A program made the position numbers and the translations under genes. The notes beneath the pieces are model-generated. The model was given only the letters and a program-made list of their open reading frames with translations. It had not been told where the DNA came from and did no database searches. Below, one piece after another: positions 13,713-27,014 of a stretch of DNA of 64,000 bases. Origin of the DNA: Atractiella rhizophila (Eukaryota); assembly GCA_021432655.1 (NCBI GenBank), contig MU271233.1, positions 64,030 to 128,029 of the forward strand, written 5' to 3'. The first letter of the stretch is position 1, and every line of letters begins with the position of its first letter.

Positions 13713-14399
13713 CCTGTTTTGGCATCATTGGCTGGCGTGACGACTAGAACCAGTTTGTTTTCTGGGATGTCCGCCGATAGTGTAGAGAAGTAGCAGCGAT
13801 TTATTTGCGTTCCGAAAGTGTTAGTCATTCCTTTAGCTTTTATCTCTTTTTGGATTGTTCTTGCTTTGAGTCCGGATTGTTGACGGTAGTAGAGGAGGAG
13901 GACTGGTTCAGATATCATTATCATTCACATACACTCGAAGTTATCATTTGGATTCTATCTTATGCTTGTCATCCATACGTTCATCATTCATCAACCGTTC
14001 TGGGATGTGCAATTATCATTGAATCGTCTTGAAGATTGGAGCAGATATTGGAGGTGCAATCTTTAGATTCCATCCACTATATGCACTGAAGAAGAAGCGA
14101 AACACAATTGACATAAGGCAAGGCAAACAAGCTTGGAAACTTTCGGTGAAGCGAAGGGATCGAAACAGAAAATGATTCCATTATTCAGACGAGACGGAGA
14201 GATAAAAAGGGATAGCGATATCGAGATTCTTTTGAGACGTATAACTGATTGATTCGATTCAGGCTGAGTTAGATAAGAGAAAAATGAAAAGCGAAAACTT
14301 TGGCAGGCCTTGTTTGGGATCCTGCAAGTCGATCGAGACTTCGTTGTTCTTCAGTCAATCGATCCCTATTTATTTCTGTGGAGACGAAAACCGGCTGTG

Positions 14400-15931
14400 T
14401 TATCCGCCTTGTATTGAGATTATTTCTTCCTCTTCTTCGGGATGTTGGTCCAAAAACTCCCGGCTGGCACCAACGAAATCGAGTACCCTCCTTGCTTCCC
14501 GAACCCTCTTCCTATCCTCCAATATCTCCTTCTTCAGTGCCTCTCTCCTTTCCTCCAAACCCTTCAGTTTCTCCTCTTTCCTCACTCTTGCCCTTCTCGC
14601 GCTCATCGTATTCTGCACCCTCTTCTTATCAATGATCTTCTTCACCTCGTCCCCAAGCATTTCTACTCCATCTTCTCCTTGCGCTCGGATCCGCTCTATC
14701 TCCTCTGGCGCATACCCTGCACGCAGGAGGTCCTTGTTGATGAACACTGGAAGGTCGCGCTTCGAGGTTGCCGACGGAACCGTGTAGTTCCTCGTTTGTG
14801 TGGGGGCGTTGAGGGGGATCGTCTTTCGGTTCTTCCGCAATTTTAGCCCTGGAGGAGTGTTGATCGACGGTGTGGGAGGAGTAGGGAAAGGGTGAAGTTG
14901 GGCGGATGACGTAGAAGGGAAAGTGCCTAGGGGTGGGGAGATGTTACTCGTAGAGACAGGAGGAGAGATATTGTAGAACTGAGTGTTGAGAAGAGCGTTG
15001 AGCGAGGCAGGTTGGATGTGAGACGAGCCAGGGAATGGGGAAGATTCCACTGTTGTCTCCCCGCTCTTCTGCGATGGTCCATGTAGTCCTGGAACCATGG
15101 TGGGAGAAGGGAAGAGGATATCCAAGTCTGTCGTCACCTGATCTTTCACCTCCATACTCGGGAACAGGTTCCAACCACCACCTAGACCACCAATTGAAAT
15201 TGGAGGCGAGAATTGGCTGTTACCGTTGTTGAATGATGGTGTCCTCAGCAGATCATCAAGCGGAGTAGACCACACGTCCGACCCCTCCCTGGAAAGAGAG
15301 AGGGGCGGCAAAGTGGTCCCACTCGAAGATGAGGACATGAGCGGGAAGGAATTGAGGAGTGATGCGCCGTCTTGGCCATTCGTGTTCGTTGAAGTGATAT
15401 CCGTTGACGGGAAGAGCGGCGAGGTAGGTTCGGGCAGGAGAGACAGAAGGGACACGTCCGCGGTGCTAGACGAATTCAGAAGGGTGGAGAAGAGAGACTC
15501 AAAGTCTGGTCCCTGAGTATGCGACGACTGTCCTATTTGCGATTGGTGGGTTGACGGCTCCAGCTGTGGTTGAGGAACCTGGACCGGGATTTGGAAACCG
15601 GACAGGTTGAAGTCTTTCACAGCACTCTATCAGAAACGCCATTTGGGGTACCGAGGGAGGGACAAAACGGGATAGGGATTGCTGACGAACCGAAATTGTA
15701 GTTGTCAAAGACACCCCCTGAATTTTCACCCTGCATAGGTTGCAGACTAATCGTTTCTTGCGGCTTCACGATCGAAGACGAAGGCAGGTCCGAAAGTGAA
15801 TCCGAATTGAGAGCGTTGACGAGATCGAAGTCGGTATTGGAGTCTCCGAAAAGAGCTTCGAAATCGTGATCAAAGATGTTCTCGACTTGATCGAGCGAGA
15901 GAGGTTGACGGGTCTGAGAGAAGGAAGACAT
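14400..15931 (-). CDS. Gcn4/Cpc1-like bZIP transcription factor (paralog 1)
   Basis: Acidic/Phe-rich N-terminus, motif IPLNAPTQTRNYTVPSATSKRDLP, basic region DKKRVQNTMSARRARVRK, then leucine zipper; one intron near 15615-15690. Confidence 0.8.
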
Positions 15932-16441
15932 GTTTTGGTCTTGTTCGGTATAGAAAATGTTTTGGATGGGTTGTGAGGCCAGATTGGGAATGTTGTTTTG
16001 GCTTTGCGCGTTAGGTCCTTCGGACGAGGGTATGATGGTTGCTTTGAGCGAAGAGGTTTCTTGAGATCCTTGAGAGATGTTGGATTGATGTTTGGATTCT
16101 GAGTGTCCGAAAAGACGAATTGGTTTAATTCTTTGGTAAAAAGCTGAGTAGCTAGCTAGCGAGCGCGATCTGGCCTTGGACCGAGATGATGATCTTCTTC
16201 CTTCTTCTTGCTTGATCTTCCTTCTTGATTTTTGATTCGAGACTTGATGAAATGACTGTTTTCTATCAAAGTCTCTGACCTATGGTCAACCTGTTGGTTT
16301 TATCTTGAAACGATTAGATTTTGGGTGAAAATTCGGGATTGGGCTGTAACATTCAGTCAGTTGATGCGCTCCAACTCAGAAGAGGAGGCGAAGGGTAAAA
16401 AATATGAATATTTACGGTAGCCGTTTAGAATTATCGCACAT
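15932..16441 (-). promoter_or_regulatory. Putative 5' leader of bZIP paralog 1: upstream AUG/uORF, probable leader intron, in-frame AUG-free open extension
   Basis: Minus strand: no ATG between 15932 and 16349; the main frame is stop-free 15932-16279 (116 codons); ATG at 16441; candidate intron gtaaat(~16415)...actgac...ttacag(~16344). Confidence 0.55.
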
Positions 16442-16983
16442 AATCTTGGTTTGCTGAAAAAACTGTTTGGTTGTTTCTGAACTTCTTCTCCTGCTTGAGA
16501 CGATGTTCAAAATTTGATTCGACACTTTGATCGATTTAGAGTACGAGGCCGAATACTACCTTTACCTTGACGATGCAAGACATAAAGCTGTTTGAGCTGA
16601 AGTTTTGGTGCTGGTTTGGGAGTGCTGGCTTGAAGTTTGAGGGTGGAGCAGAGGAGGAGCTGTTAGACTCTGTAAAGCTTCAATGCTTGATAATCGCTGT
16701 TGGGGAAAACTCGAGTCAACGACACAAACGAGGTTTATATGGCTCTCATTTGCTTCCGCCGCCCGAACCGACTGACCCTCCCAGCACGTGTAAGGGGTAT
16801 TCAACGGGCTTTCGACAGCTCAAAACAGAACTTGACTAGGGCATCCGGAAACAACAACTACAGCGGCATGTATGGTGACGGACAAAGTCAGGATTAGGTA
16901 AAGCAGGGATGGGCGGACTGCTCGCTCTCAGGTATGAACTTTTGTTTACAAACATTACTTCCTACACACGATACAAACCATTG

Positions 16984-19900
16984 TTAAGACCATCCAGAGG
17001 CAGATTTGATGAGCTCCAACTTCTTCAACACCTCTGACACCGTCCGATCGAGTTCGCCCGCGATCTGGGCTTGCTTGTTCATTGGAAGGAGGGCGAATTC
17101 GTCGCAGAGGTCGCCATCTACTACTCCTTTGACAGGAACGTATGAACCACGATAGGCGAGGTGGTCTCGACCTGAGCATCCGATCAGGATTTCCGTCTTC
17201 CGGTGCAGTAAAGAGAAACTGAGAAAGAAAAGAAAGACGTACCAACCAGTGATGGGGTTTCTGTTCGCAAGTGCATTTCCAAAGTTGAGAAGAAGTCGAT
17301 ATCCGTCTTCGTCGCAAACGGCACCAGCATTCCAACGCTTCCCATCAGGCCAGTATAAACAATTACTTCACGTCCACCTGCTACGAGCGAAGTCTTCTGT
17401 AAGCTCGTCACAATATCTCCAATGTGAAAGTGGGCGAGCAATTGACTCTTGTGCGGTGCTCCCATGAACAAACTCTTTTCGTGGAGGATTCCAGCTCCGG
17501 TAGGATCCTCATCAACTTGGTTCGAGGTCTGGCGAGATATACGAGAGATAAATATGTTCCCAAACTTGTCCCCTCCAGCCACTGTGTCGTAATCCACGAG
17601 AGTAGAAGCGGTGATCCATCGCGGAGATGTGTCGTCAGCAAAGACTATGAGACGGTTCTCAGGCGCTTTATATGCACCGTACAAAATTGATTCTTGCATA
17701 TCTCCGATGATGATTCGGTTTCCTATCGACTCGAGAGTTTTAATGTTCGTAGCAAAAGACTGCTCATCATTCATTCTTTAGCTTCTTTCTCCAAAGAGCA
17801 TGCAGATAGTGGGAGCGGACCTTATTCTCGGCTTTTCGTAGCAACTTCTTTTTCCCCATATCGTATATCCTCAACGCCTTCCCGACGCCGGCTAACAACC
17901 GCCCTTCGAGCGGAATGATGGCCGTGGGAATATCATCTGTTTCAGTCTACACATTCAAATCATCAACTCGACATCTCAGCTCAAGAGAACAAGGGCAAGA
18001 ACGAACGGAGTGCAGTAATTCGAGTTTCCTTCCATCCTCCAGCACTTTGTAAGTGCGTAAATATCCAGACCTGCAGGCTCGTGGGGCAAGATGAGCATCA
18101 GAGCCGGTACCAACAACCAAGAAGTGCTCTCCGGGCCGATTGGCAAAATCAACAAGTGCAAGAGAGAACGCCGCTTCGTTGTTATCGAGGATAATTTTTT
18201 CTAAAGTCGATTCTCCTGGTTCCTTTATAGCAGCGGGAGCAGCAGTCAACTTCCTTTAGCAGCCAACAGATGCACAGACCAACTTACCTTGAGCGGATCC
18301 AATATCCTAATGCAACTTGCCCATTCTCCCTCATCCGCTCGTAAAGGACCATAGGCGTCCAATCCAATTGATGCCAGGTGCGCTTCAAGATTATCGATCC
18401 CTTTCTTCTTTGCGAGTTCCTCCGAAACACACCGATGATCCGATTCTGCAATATACAGAAGATTCTTCGACGTGTCAGGGAGCAGCTGGCGTGGGGTGTA
18501 AGTAAGGGGATGGAAGGATTGTTGGACCGTTGTTCCCAGTTTTGGAAGGGTAAACATGCTGCACAGAAGGTCAGCAAATAATCCGCAGGAAGATAGATTG
18601 GCGTACCGTAGAGAATTTCCAGCAACGGCAATGAATCCCTCTGGACAAACTTCGGCTGTAAATCCAGCTGCGTGATCCAGAACATCGTAAATGAGCGGAG
18701 TCAGGTTGAGCTTTCCGCTGTAAGGATAGAGGAGCCATGAGCGAGTCGAGAGGGCAAGAACGGCGTTTTCACCCCCAACCTTGACGCGAATAAGCTTCAC
18801 TGCCTTTGAGCCTAAGAATCTATTTTCTTTTAACTCAACGTGTTGACAAAGAGAAATATATAATGGGCTCACCGCGTACGCGTATCTGTTAGCTGGCCTG
18901 TAATGGTGTCTAACACGGTTCGGAGGAACACGCCATTTGTTAGACCGATATTGACGAAAAGCGAAGGGTGATTCTTGTCAATGGAAGGATCGAAGAGTTC
19001 GGCCATGCAGATAGAACTGGGCATGGCCGTAAGAGCCTGTTCAGAGCGCATGGTGAGATCTCTACTGTCTGAGCAGTCAACACCCTACCTGAAGGGAGAC
19101 AGTTTCCAAAGCTTTGTCTGGGTCCAAGTCCAAGCTGAGCAGACGAATGGTTTGGTCTTCACATCCAACTGCAAGATATTCCACCCTTAAACGACCCTCG
19201 GGAACATCAGGTAAACTCATGTCAACAATTCCCGCCTCCAGGATTTTTCTCTTCTCGAATTCGAACAAAGTCCCATCTTGCACCTCGAAGTACACCAGCT
19301 CCCCGCCAGTGAGAGCAAGGACAACCTGCTTGTTATTCGAAGCAGCGCACACAATGGATTGGTGGCTAGGACAGTTCCATTCCACTACGTTCTCATCCGA
19401 AAAGACGTGACGCAAACCGCTAGGTAGAACTTGAAGAATGGAAGAGGTACCGATTTGTTGAACGTGGATTGTTCGCGAGCGCAATAAGAAAGGAGTTTCA
19501 GACTCGGAAACCTCTTCTATGGAATCCGAGATAGAGAGAAGAAGGGTGTCTGTGAGAGATGAGAAGAAAACAAAGTTGTCGTACGGATCTAATACCTTAT
19601 TCAGAATCAGAGCTGAAAAAGGAGAAGCACAAACCGTCAGCGTTAAATCGCGTCGTCCAGACCTTCTCTGGCTCCAACCGTAGCGTTTGTTTCTCAACAA
19701 CCTCTTCAGTCTCCATTCCTTGCCTAAGTATCCCGAGCTTGCTTCTTCCACTCCTTCCCCCACCGCTAGCGGTAATGACCTGAGGGGTATCAGTTCCCAT
19801 TAGATTAAGGATTTTGGCATCTGTGAGCGGCGAGAGAGAAACGATCTCGTCGGTAAGAAGAAGATTGGTGAGTGGTCGCGGAGTAAAAGATGCAGTCGAG

Positions 19901-22380
19901 TCGTATTCAAGTGACGACCATTCAGGTTCTGTAGGGTCATCTCCAAGCTTCTCGAATTGATATAGGTAACTGTAGTTGAACGTCAGCCTTTGTGATCACC
20001 TTACAGGGAACAAACTGACTGGTTTCCAGTCTCTGCCGCAGCGAATAGGAACCCGGATTTTAGGATACACATCGAGCTGGCTACTGGAATAGTGTCGAAG
20101 TACTTAATCTTTACTGCCTGCACCTCTTCATCTTGATGATCAATGGTGACTTTGAAAAGATCCCCTTCCTCCGTCTGCAAAAGAAAGAAGAAGTTCCCCT
20201 GGTCATCGATTTGTCAGTCAACACTGACAGGCGGAGGTGACGATCAACGTACCCGCATCTTGTGCATGACACCGCAGACAATGATGACGCTCTTGCCATC
20301 ATTGATTCCATCATTGCGCTTGGGGATAGGAATCTTGTGTTCCGGGACGCCAACATGTTTGTAAACGATGAAGTCCTCGCAGCAGACCAAGACTCCAGAC
20401 GGTCCATCAAATGCATTGGTGGCGCTGCTCTGACCACCAGGGACTGTAGCAAAATTTCAGTGCCAATGCTAAAGATTAACAGGTCTAACCACAAACCTTG
20501 CACGAGCATATTGGCCCGTGGATCTACTGGATCACTCCACTTTCGTACAACGTGATTGAGGCCTAGGTCGAGTTCGTAGTAAACGAGCAACTAGACATCT
20601 GTCAGCCATAAGTCGAGAGGGAAACACAGATATCTCACCTTTTCAGCATTTTCAAAAGCCTCCCCTTCCCAATCTTGATCCGACTCTGTATAATCTATCT
20701 CCAACACTGCAAAGCAAGGATTCTCAAATCCCACATCCATCCCAATGATCGAATGAATTACACTTCGCGCCTTGTGTGCTTCAAGGGGCGAGGAAATGGT
20801 CAAATTCGCCGCCGCATCCTATCGCCATGCAACCAATTAGGACCACCAACCCTGCAAACGGAGTGAGAATGCGCACACGATTCAAAATGTATACAAGCTT
20901 GCTCTTTTCCACAGCTCCGATCATGACTGCTCGACCTTTTGGATCGACTGCTAGATACTGTCCTGGAACAATACGTCTGGATCCTGAGCGGCCATATGTT
21001 TCTTGCTGCAGTTTGACGAAAGAATTTTGAATCGGATCGTACTCGAGGACAACTATTCGCCCCGAATCCGACGAAACAATAATGCAATCTAGAGGTATCA
21101 CAGTTAGAACAAGATCATAGTTGCCGAATAAAGGAATTTGGTTGGAACAGGAGCAGTGTACCAAGCGAAAGAACAACTTCGCTATCGAGCGAGAGATTTG
21201 TTTCGCTGAAAATGAAAATAATACCCTTGCAGACAATTTTCTTCGTAAGCTACTTCTGTCTCACATCTTTGCTATTTCCTCAGATGTGGACTCAGCAAGC
21301 GGCCAATAATCCGCGACAAGCAACCAAGGAAGAATGAACCGAAACAGATTAACATTTTGGCTCCAGCCGGCAGTCTCCCATCAGTAATGACCTTGACCGC
21401 CTGTCTCCAAGAGTTGAATAAGAGGTTCAATATGGGAGCACCGAGGCATTTCAAGGTCTCATGTTGCGAAAAGAAGACGAACATAAATAGTTGTCTCAGT
21501 TTGAGGGTTTGATGTTTGCGCACAACGCAAGAATGTAGACCACGCCAAAGACAAGAAGTTTTTCATAGGACTGGGTAGATATTCATGGCTGAAGCGTGTA
21601 TACTGAAGTCACTTATCTTGCAAGTCTGTTATGCCTTTGACGCAGGTGGGCCAAACCCAAGTGGTCAAAGGTAAGATTTAACATACAGCAAGCAGAGTCT
21701 TCAACGCCGGTTCTATGTTGTGCAACAATAAGCGTAATATGAAATAAGAACTGCACACAGAGTGAAGATTGTATGCAACGGTTGGAGCACCAGGTCAACA
21801 CTCGAGAATGAATGATTTCATGCTGCTTCAATATGACTGAAAATGGTCCAGAATCAAGTAATCTACAAAACGAATGGGAAGGAGATTTCGATACCCCCCA
21901 AAGGTAGGAATGGAATCAATAAACTACACGACCGGCGGTTCAGCTTCAACCTCATGATTCCTTCGCACAAAAAACAAACCGAGCCGTCAAATCAAAGCCA
22001 GCGGATCATTCTCCATGCCTTACTACGACTGGGATCGACACCACTCTGCCTCAAAACACCAAAACACGAAAAACAAACAAAACTGCAACACGCGTCCCAA
22101 ACATCCGAAGAGAACGAACGAGCGTACCTCTAGTCCCTCCCGTCAGCCTGAAGCTCTTCAATCCCCTCACGACGCCGTAAACGTCCCTGGAGCACGAGCA
22201 CTCCATCTTCCCCGTATTCTTATCCACCCTCCACAACTCCAACTTGTTCTGGCCGCGACATAACACCAGTTGCTGTTCCTTGGGCAGGTTTGAGTCGAAT
22301 GAGCCCAATATGGAGAGGTAGCATGAGGACGGTGGAACAAGGGTCACAGAGAGAGCGGAAAGGGAGTTGGGCGTTGTCAT
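16984..22380 (-). CDS. RSE1: Pre-mRNA splicing factor Rse1 / SF3B3 (SAP130) (many exons)
   Basis: [105 protein letters not shown]...[48 protein letters not shown]. Confidence 0.96.
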
Positions 22381-22981
22381 ACTGGGTTGGTTATCGAGGC
22401 AAGAGGAAGAACAAAAGTCGCCACTGAGTTCACTAACCGAGCAGACTAGACATTGCTCGATACTAGAGCATGACTAAGACAAGGAAAAGAAAAGGCTTCC
22501 ATTCCAATCTCTCATGGCAGGTTCGTTCAGTTCGGAAGGTGCTGCTAGTAATATTGATAGAGCCAACAAATCCTTTTTGCGATTGCACTCCTCATGACAG
22601 TCATAACGAGAGAAACTGTACAGTAGACAAGACGAAGCAAGCCGAATGGGTGATCCTGCTCCTCAACAAAACGAGGAGCCAGAATGTCACAAGTGATCGA
22701 GAACAGACCAAGCAAGTATATGAGACGGTTTGTTGTAGTTGGATTGGATGAGATGGGGAGGGGATGGCACGAAGGGGAAAGAGAACCCGACTTCGAACCG
22801 AAAGAAAGACATCGCTAGAAATACACATAAAGAAACACAGAGGCACTAACACCACTACTTTTCATCCACCACCAAAGCACACCCCTTCCACATTGGGAAC
22901 TAAAATCAAAACGCAAAAGTGGAATGTGGACGAAACAAAACGGACCAACACATGCCTTACCACACGTCCTCGCCTCCGCCT

Positions 22982-24485
22982 TCACTCCAGCATCCCAAAA
23001 CTCCCAGCGAAGGTCCTCCTTAACCTCAACCCTTCCTCCGCCACCCCCGCCCGAGCCTTCAACACCTCAATCTCCCCTCTCAGATCGGCGGCCATCTTCT
23101 CCAGCTCCTTGACATGCTCCTGCTTCTTAGCTCTCAGCTTCCGAGCGCTCACACAATTCGCCCGTCGCTTCTTCTCGATCGCCTCCTGAATCTCCTGTGG
23201 GACTTCCGTGATCGGGGAATCGTGAGGAGACTGCCGATTCCTCCGCACGGTCTCAAGGGAGATGTTTGAACCGAGCCGTCCCATCTTCTTATCCATGAAC
23301 GCTGGGATGACCTTCCGAGACGTTGCAGACGGTGTCAAGTACGCCCTGACACATCAAACCATCAGTAGGTGCACAAATGATGAGGAATGCAACAACATAC
23401 CGCGACTGAGTCGGCGCATCAATCGAGATCGGCGTCCTAACGTAGGGCGAGGCGCGCACAGGAGGAGACCTCAATGAAGGTGAACGCAGCGACCTCAAGG
23501 CAGGAGACATCATAGGCGCTGGGGAGAGCATAGGAACCACAGGGGAGGAGGTGGAGGCCTGGGGAAACACCGGCGGCGCAGACAGAGAGGTTGAAGCCTG
23601 TGGGAAGACCGGAGGAGCCGAGAGGGACGAACTCGTCCCCACAGGGCTGTACCGCTTCTTGTTGTTGAAGAGGGACGGAAACAGAGAAGCGTTCGGGAAA
23701 TCCATCGAGATATCGTTCATCCCGATAATCGGGGAATTGATATCGAACTGGGTAGCCGAACCCATCACAGAGCTCATGTCGAACTGAGCCATGGAACCCG
23801 CGTTGGAATTTTGACGGATTGCCGGCTGCCTTGCGTTCCCGTCCGTCAGCGGAGTAATGGGCAGAGGATCATCAGCTGGAGTGGACAAGTTCGACCCTCC
23901 AAGCAGAGGATGAGGAGTGCCAAAGAGCGGGTCGTTGTCGAACAGATTGGTGGGATGGGCATCGCTTTCCAAGTATGACGAGGTGGGCTCGGGAAGATAA
24001 TCGAAAACGGAGGACGGAGGGTGATTGAACGGCGTGAACACTGCTGGGCTCATGTAAACAGACCAAGCAGCTGCTGATGAGGAGCCCAAGAAGGCCGCAT
24101 CCTCTTCGTTCGTGTTCACGGGCACAGTGTTGAAATGCTTGCTGAAGTCCGTCTTCGAGAGATCAAGAGGACCAAAGTCAAAATCGGTGCTATCTGCTCC
24201 ACCCTTGTCAGTCGTAAGACCGGAAAACTTAGGACAGAGCGTACTGCTTCCCAGCATGGAGTCCATCACTCCTCCAGTCGAGGATTCCCAATCCATGCCC
24301 CCCACACCTCCGTCCAACCCATAAGTAGGAAAGTAGGACCCCTCACCGACCTTGGTTCCATTCCCACCCTCGCTCCCACCATTCTTCCCCAATAGATCGA
24401 GGTCTTCAAAATCGATGTCGAAGATGTTGTTATTGATTACTTCTCCCGAATCATTTCGGTCGAAGTCAGAGCTGTTGTAAGCCAT
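22982..24485 (-). CDS. Gcn4/Cpc1-like bZIP transcription factor (paralog 2)
   Basis: Same architecture as 14400-15931: acidic/Phe-rich N-terminus, ISIDAPTQSR-[intron]-AYLTPSATSRKVIP, basic region EKKRRANCVSARKLRAKK, zipper VKELEKMAADLRGEIEVLKAR. Confidence 0.8.
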
Positions 24486-27006
24486 GGTTTTGAAGTTCTG
24501 CTGAAGTGATTGAGCGATCCCTAAGAAGATTGGCTAGCAGAACGAGTTTCTCCTTTACTGAAGATAGATTTGAAGACCTTTTTGATGCGATATAAGATAG
24601 CTAACGATCCTAAAACCTTCGAAAAGGCCGGATAATGTGACTGTTATTGGTATTCGATATTTAGCTTGCTGAGTGGTATTCGACTTGTCAGCGAGGACGT
24701 AGCAGTCGTCGGGCTTTCGCAGACTTTGGTAACTGGTTAACAAAGTCAAAAATCGGATGAAAAGCCGCAGGAGGTCTGCTCATGATCTGAGGATGATGGA
24801 AAGGGCTTGGAAAGCGTCGTGGTGGGCAATAAAATCGACTTTGTCACGAATGAAGAAGATTTTAGACGCTATTGGGCATTATAAAGCCAGAGGATCCCTT
24901 GGAGGGCAGTTTATCGATTGGGATGAAAGAGGGGCATGACTTGGTCTCTGCCCTTTTATACCACTCGGAGGAGTCCGCTAAGCCCGCGAATTACCGGACA
25001 CACGAACTCCACGTCCACCGCGTTGGGCGTCAAAAACGAAAAAAAGCTCACATATACACAGCTTTCCACCTTGCCAGTTCGCGTTCTCGATGGACTGGAC
25101 ACCTTACAAAATCCAGCTAACTTGCCTCATTGACGAGAGAGATGGGGAACGATTCGCGTTTGTTGGACAGGCTAGGATTTATGATGCTGCGCTCCCTAAA
25201 TGCAAGCAAGAGTCAGGTTGCTGCAGCAGACCAAGAAAAGAGCTAAAGCTAAAGAGATACCTTTTGGGCAACCGGGATAGATAAGGGTGCAAGAACTTCG
25301 AGAAAGATCCAGAGATCCACTTTCGATGGAATCTTTGTGGTCTTTGCTTTGCTGTGCTGTGTCAAAAGGATCCGATGATGCACCCGCCAGTGTTTGCTGC
25401 GGAGGCTCTTGCTGTCGTGGAAGTCAGTGGGGAACTGGAGTGCAGATTCTTTCACAAGGAAACAGGAAACAAGTGGAACGTGAATGAGAGAAACGAACTC
25501 GTGAACGCGTGAACGCAAGGAAGGAGAGGTCTTCTTTCATCTTTATATGGAAGGATGACGTGCCGTGTTTATTTGCCCTCTTTCGCTACTCCATCGCGAA
25601 CAGAGCTGCCTAAAACTAACTCAAAAAGCGACAGGCGGCGAGAACCGCTGATCTAGCTGGTCAGGTACTGGCGTTGAGGTCATAGAAGTCATTCGCGAAC
25701 CAGATCGTTCGTGTTTTCCAGAGAAGCCGTGACGCTTGCATGTGAGGAGTCGAGAATTCGGCACCCTTCTCTGTAGTGGAAATCCGTCAATATGTACTCC
25801 AATGAACTTCCTTTTCAACTTCGTCTGACTGGGGCTGACTGGAGGTGGTTCAGGGAAACGGGGCTGGGTTCCCTGCAATCCTGACCTTGGCTGGCCACTT
25901 CTAAAATGACTGACGGAATGAACTTTGGACTGTACTGAAGCTTGACACTTAGATCACAAGGCATATCATTTGGCACGCTGTGAACTGGTGACTACTATTC
26001 GAATTGTCCATTCGCAAAGAGGAGACAACAGACCAAGTAGAACAAAGAAATCTCACGTGCTCCTCAAATTTCGGTCCCTTCTGCCAGAGTTGCATTCCAC
26101 CATAACAGATATAGTTACCTGCCCTTTGACATATCCTTCGCTTATTGCTTCTCTCATGCAGAAGTTTGAATCACTAAAATCAATTATCACGGTCTGTCCA
26201 ACTTCTGCACTTCGCCACCTCGCCGTCACTCCAGCTGCACCAGCATTACATCTCACCTCCTGCCGCTTCTATGGCACACAAAAAGGCAATGATAGTCGTC
26301 GTTTTCCGTCAGGTCCTCCATTAGAATTTGTGCGCCACCTCAAACCCTCCACTAAGTGCCATCTGTTGACCGTACCCATGTATTAGTTTGTGCTGAAGGC
26401 GCATTTCTGGTCACTATATCGCAACACGATTCGAGATACGCGGAGTGCGCCACTATCGCCTCTACTGTGCCTTTTACGAGTACTTAGCCGTTCGCAGGTC
26501 TAGGAAATCTTCAAACGCGCCGAGAAGCTGTCGATTTCATCCGCCATCAATTCGAGCGCTTCCTCTCCAATCCTGCAAATATGAATGGAGATCCCGTGTG
26601 TTCTTCTCCTCTTTGTACAAGCATGGAAAATTTTTCTGATTGTGGACGGATTGCAGGAAAAACTACGGGATTTTATAGCTGGCCAGAATAGGCAGGCAAA
26701 AGCCAGCTTCTTCGGCACTTCCAACGTTTTTCCTGGGCTTGGATGGACGTGGGAAGATACCAGATGATGTAAAGTGGAGGGGCATGAGAAGAGCGAAGTC
26801 ATAGCCCTTGCAGACAACTCAAAATTGACACCACGAAGTGAGTAGTTAGCAAAGGGCTCGCTGAGGAACAACTTAATCCTTCAGGCGGCACTACAGTGTC
26901 TCGCGCATTAATTCACGTCTTCACCTGCAAGCAACAAGCTCATAGCCATACCTACTGGTCCATTTTCCTGAAATGTCGTTCAAAACGCAGACATCAAAGT
27001 GATAGG

Positions 27007-27014
27007 CACGTGAC
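27007..27014. promoter_or_regulatory. CACGTGAC E-box (Cbf1/bHLH-type) ~105 bp upstream of the myosin light chain ATG
   Basis: Exact 8-mer in promoter position; function not demonstrated. Confidence 0.3.

Noticed and set aside
23545..23630. 13-aa duplication SLSAPPVFPQAST in bZIP paralog 2
   Set aside because: Simple slippage duplication in a disordered region; no functional clue.
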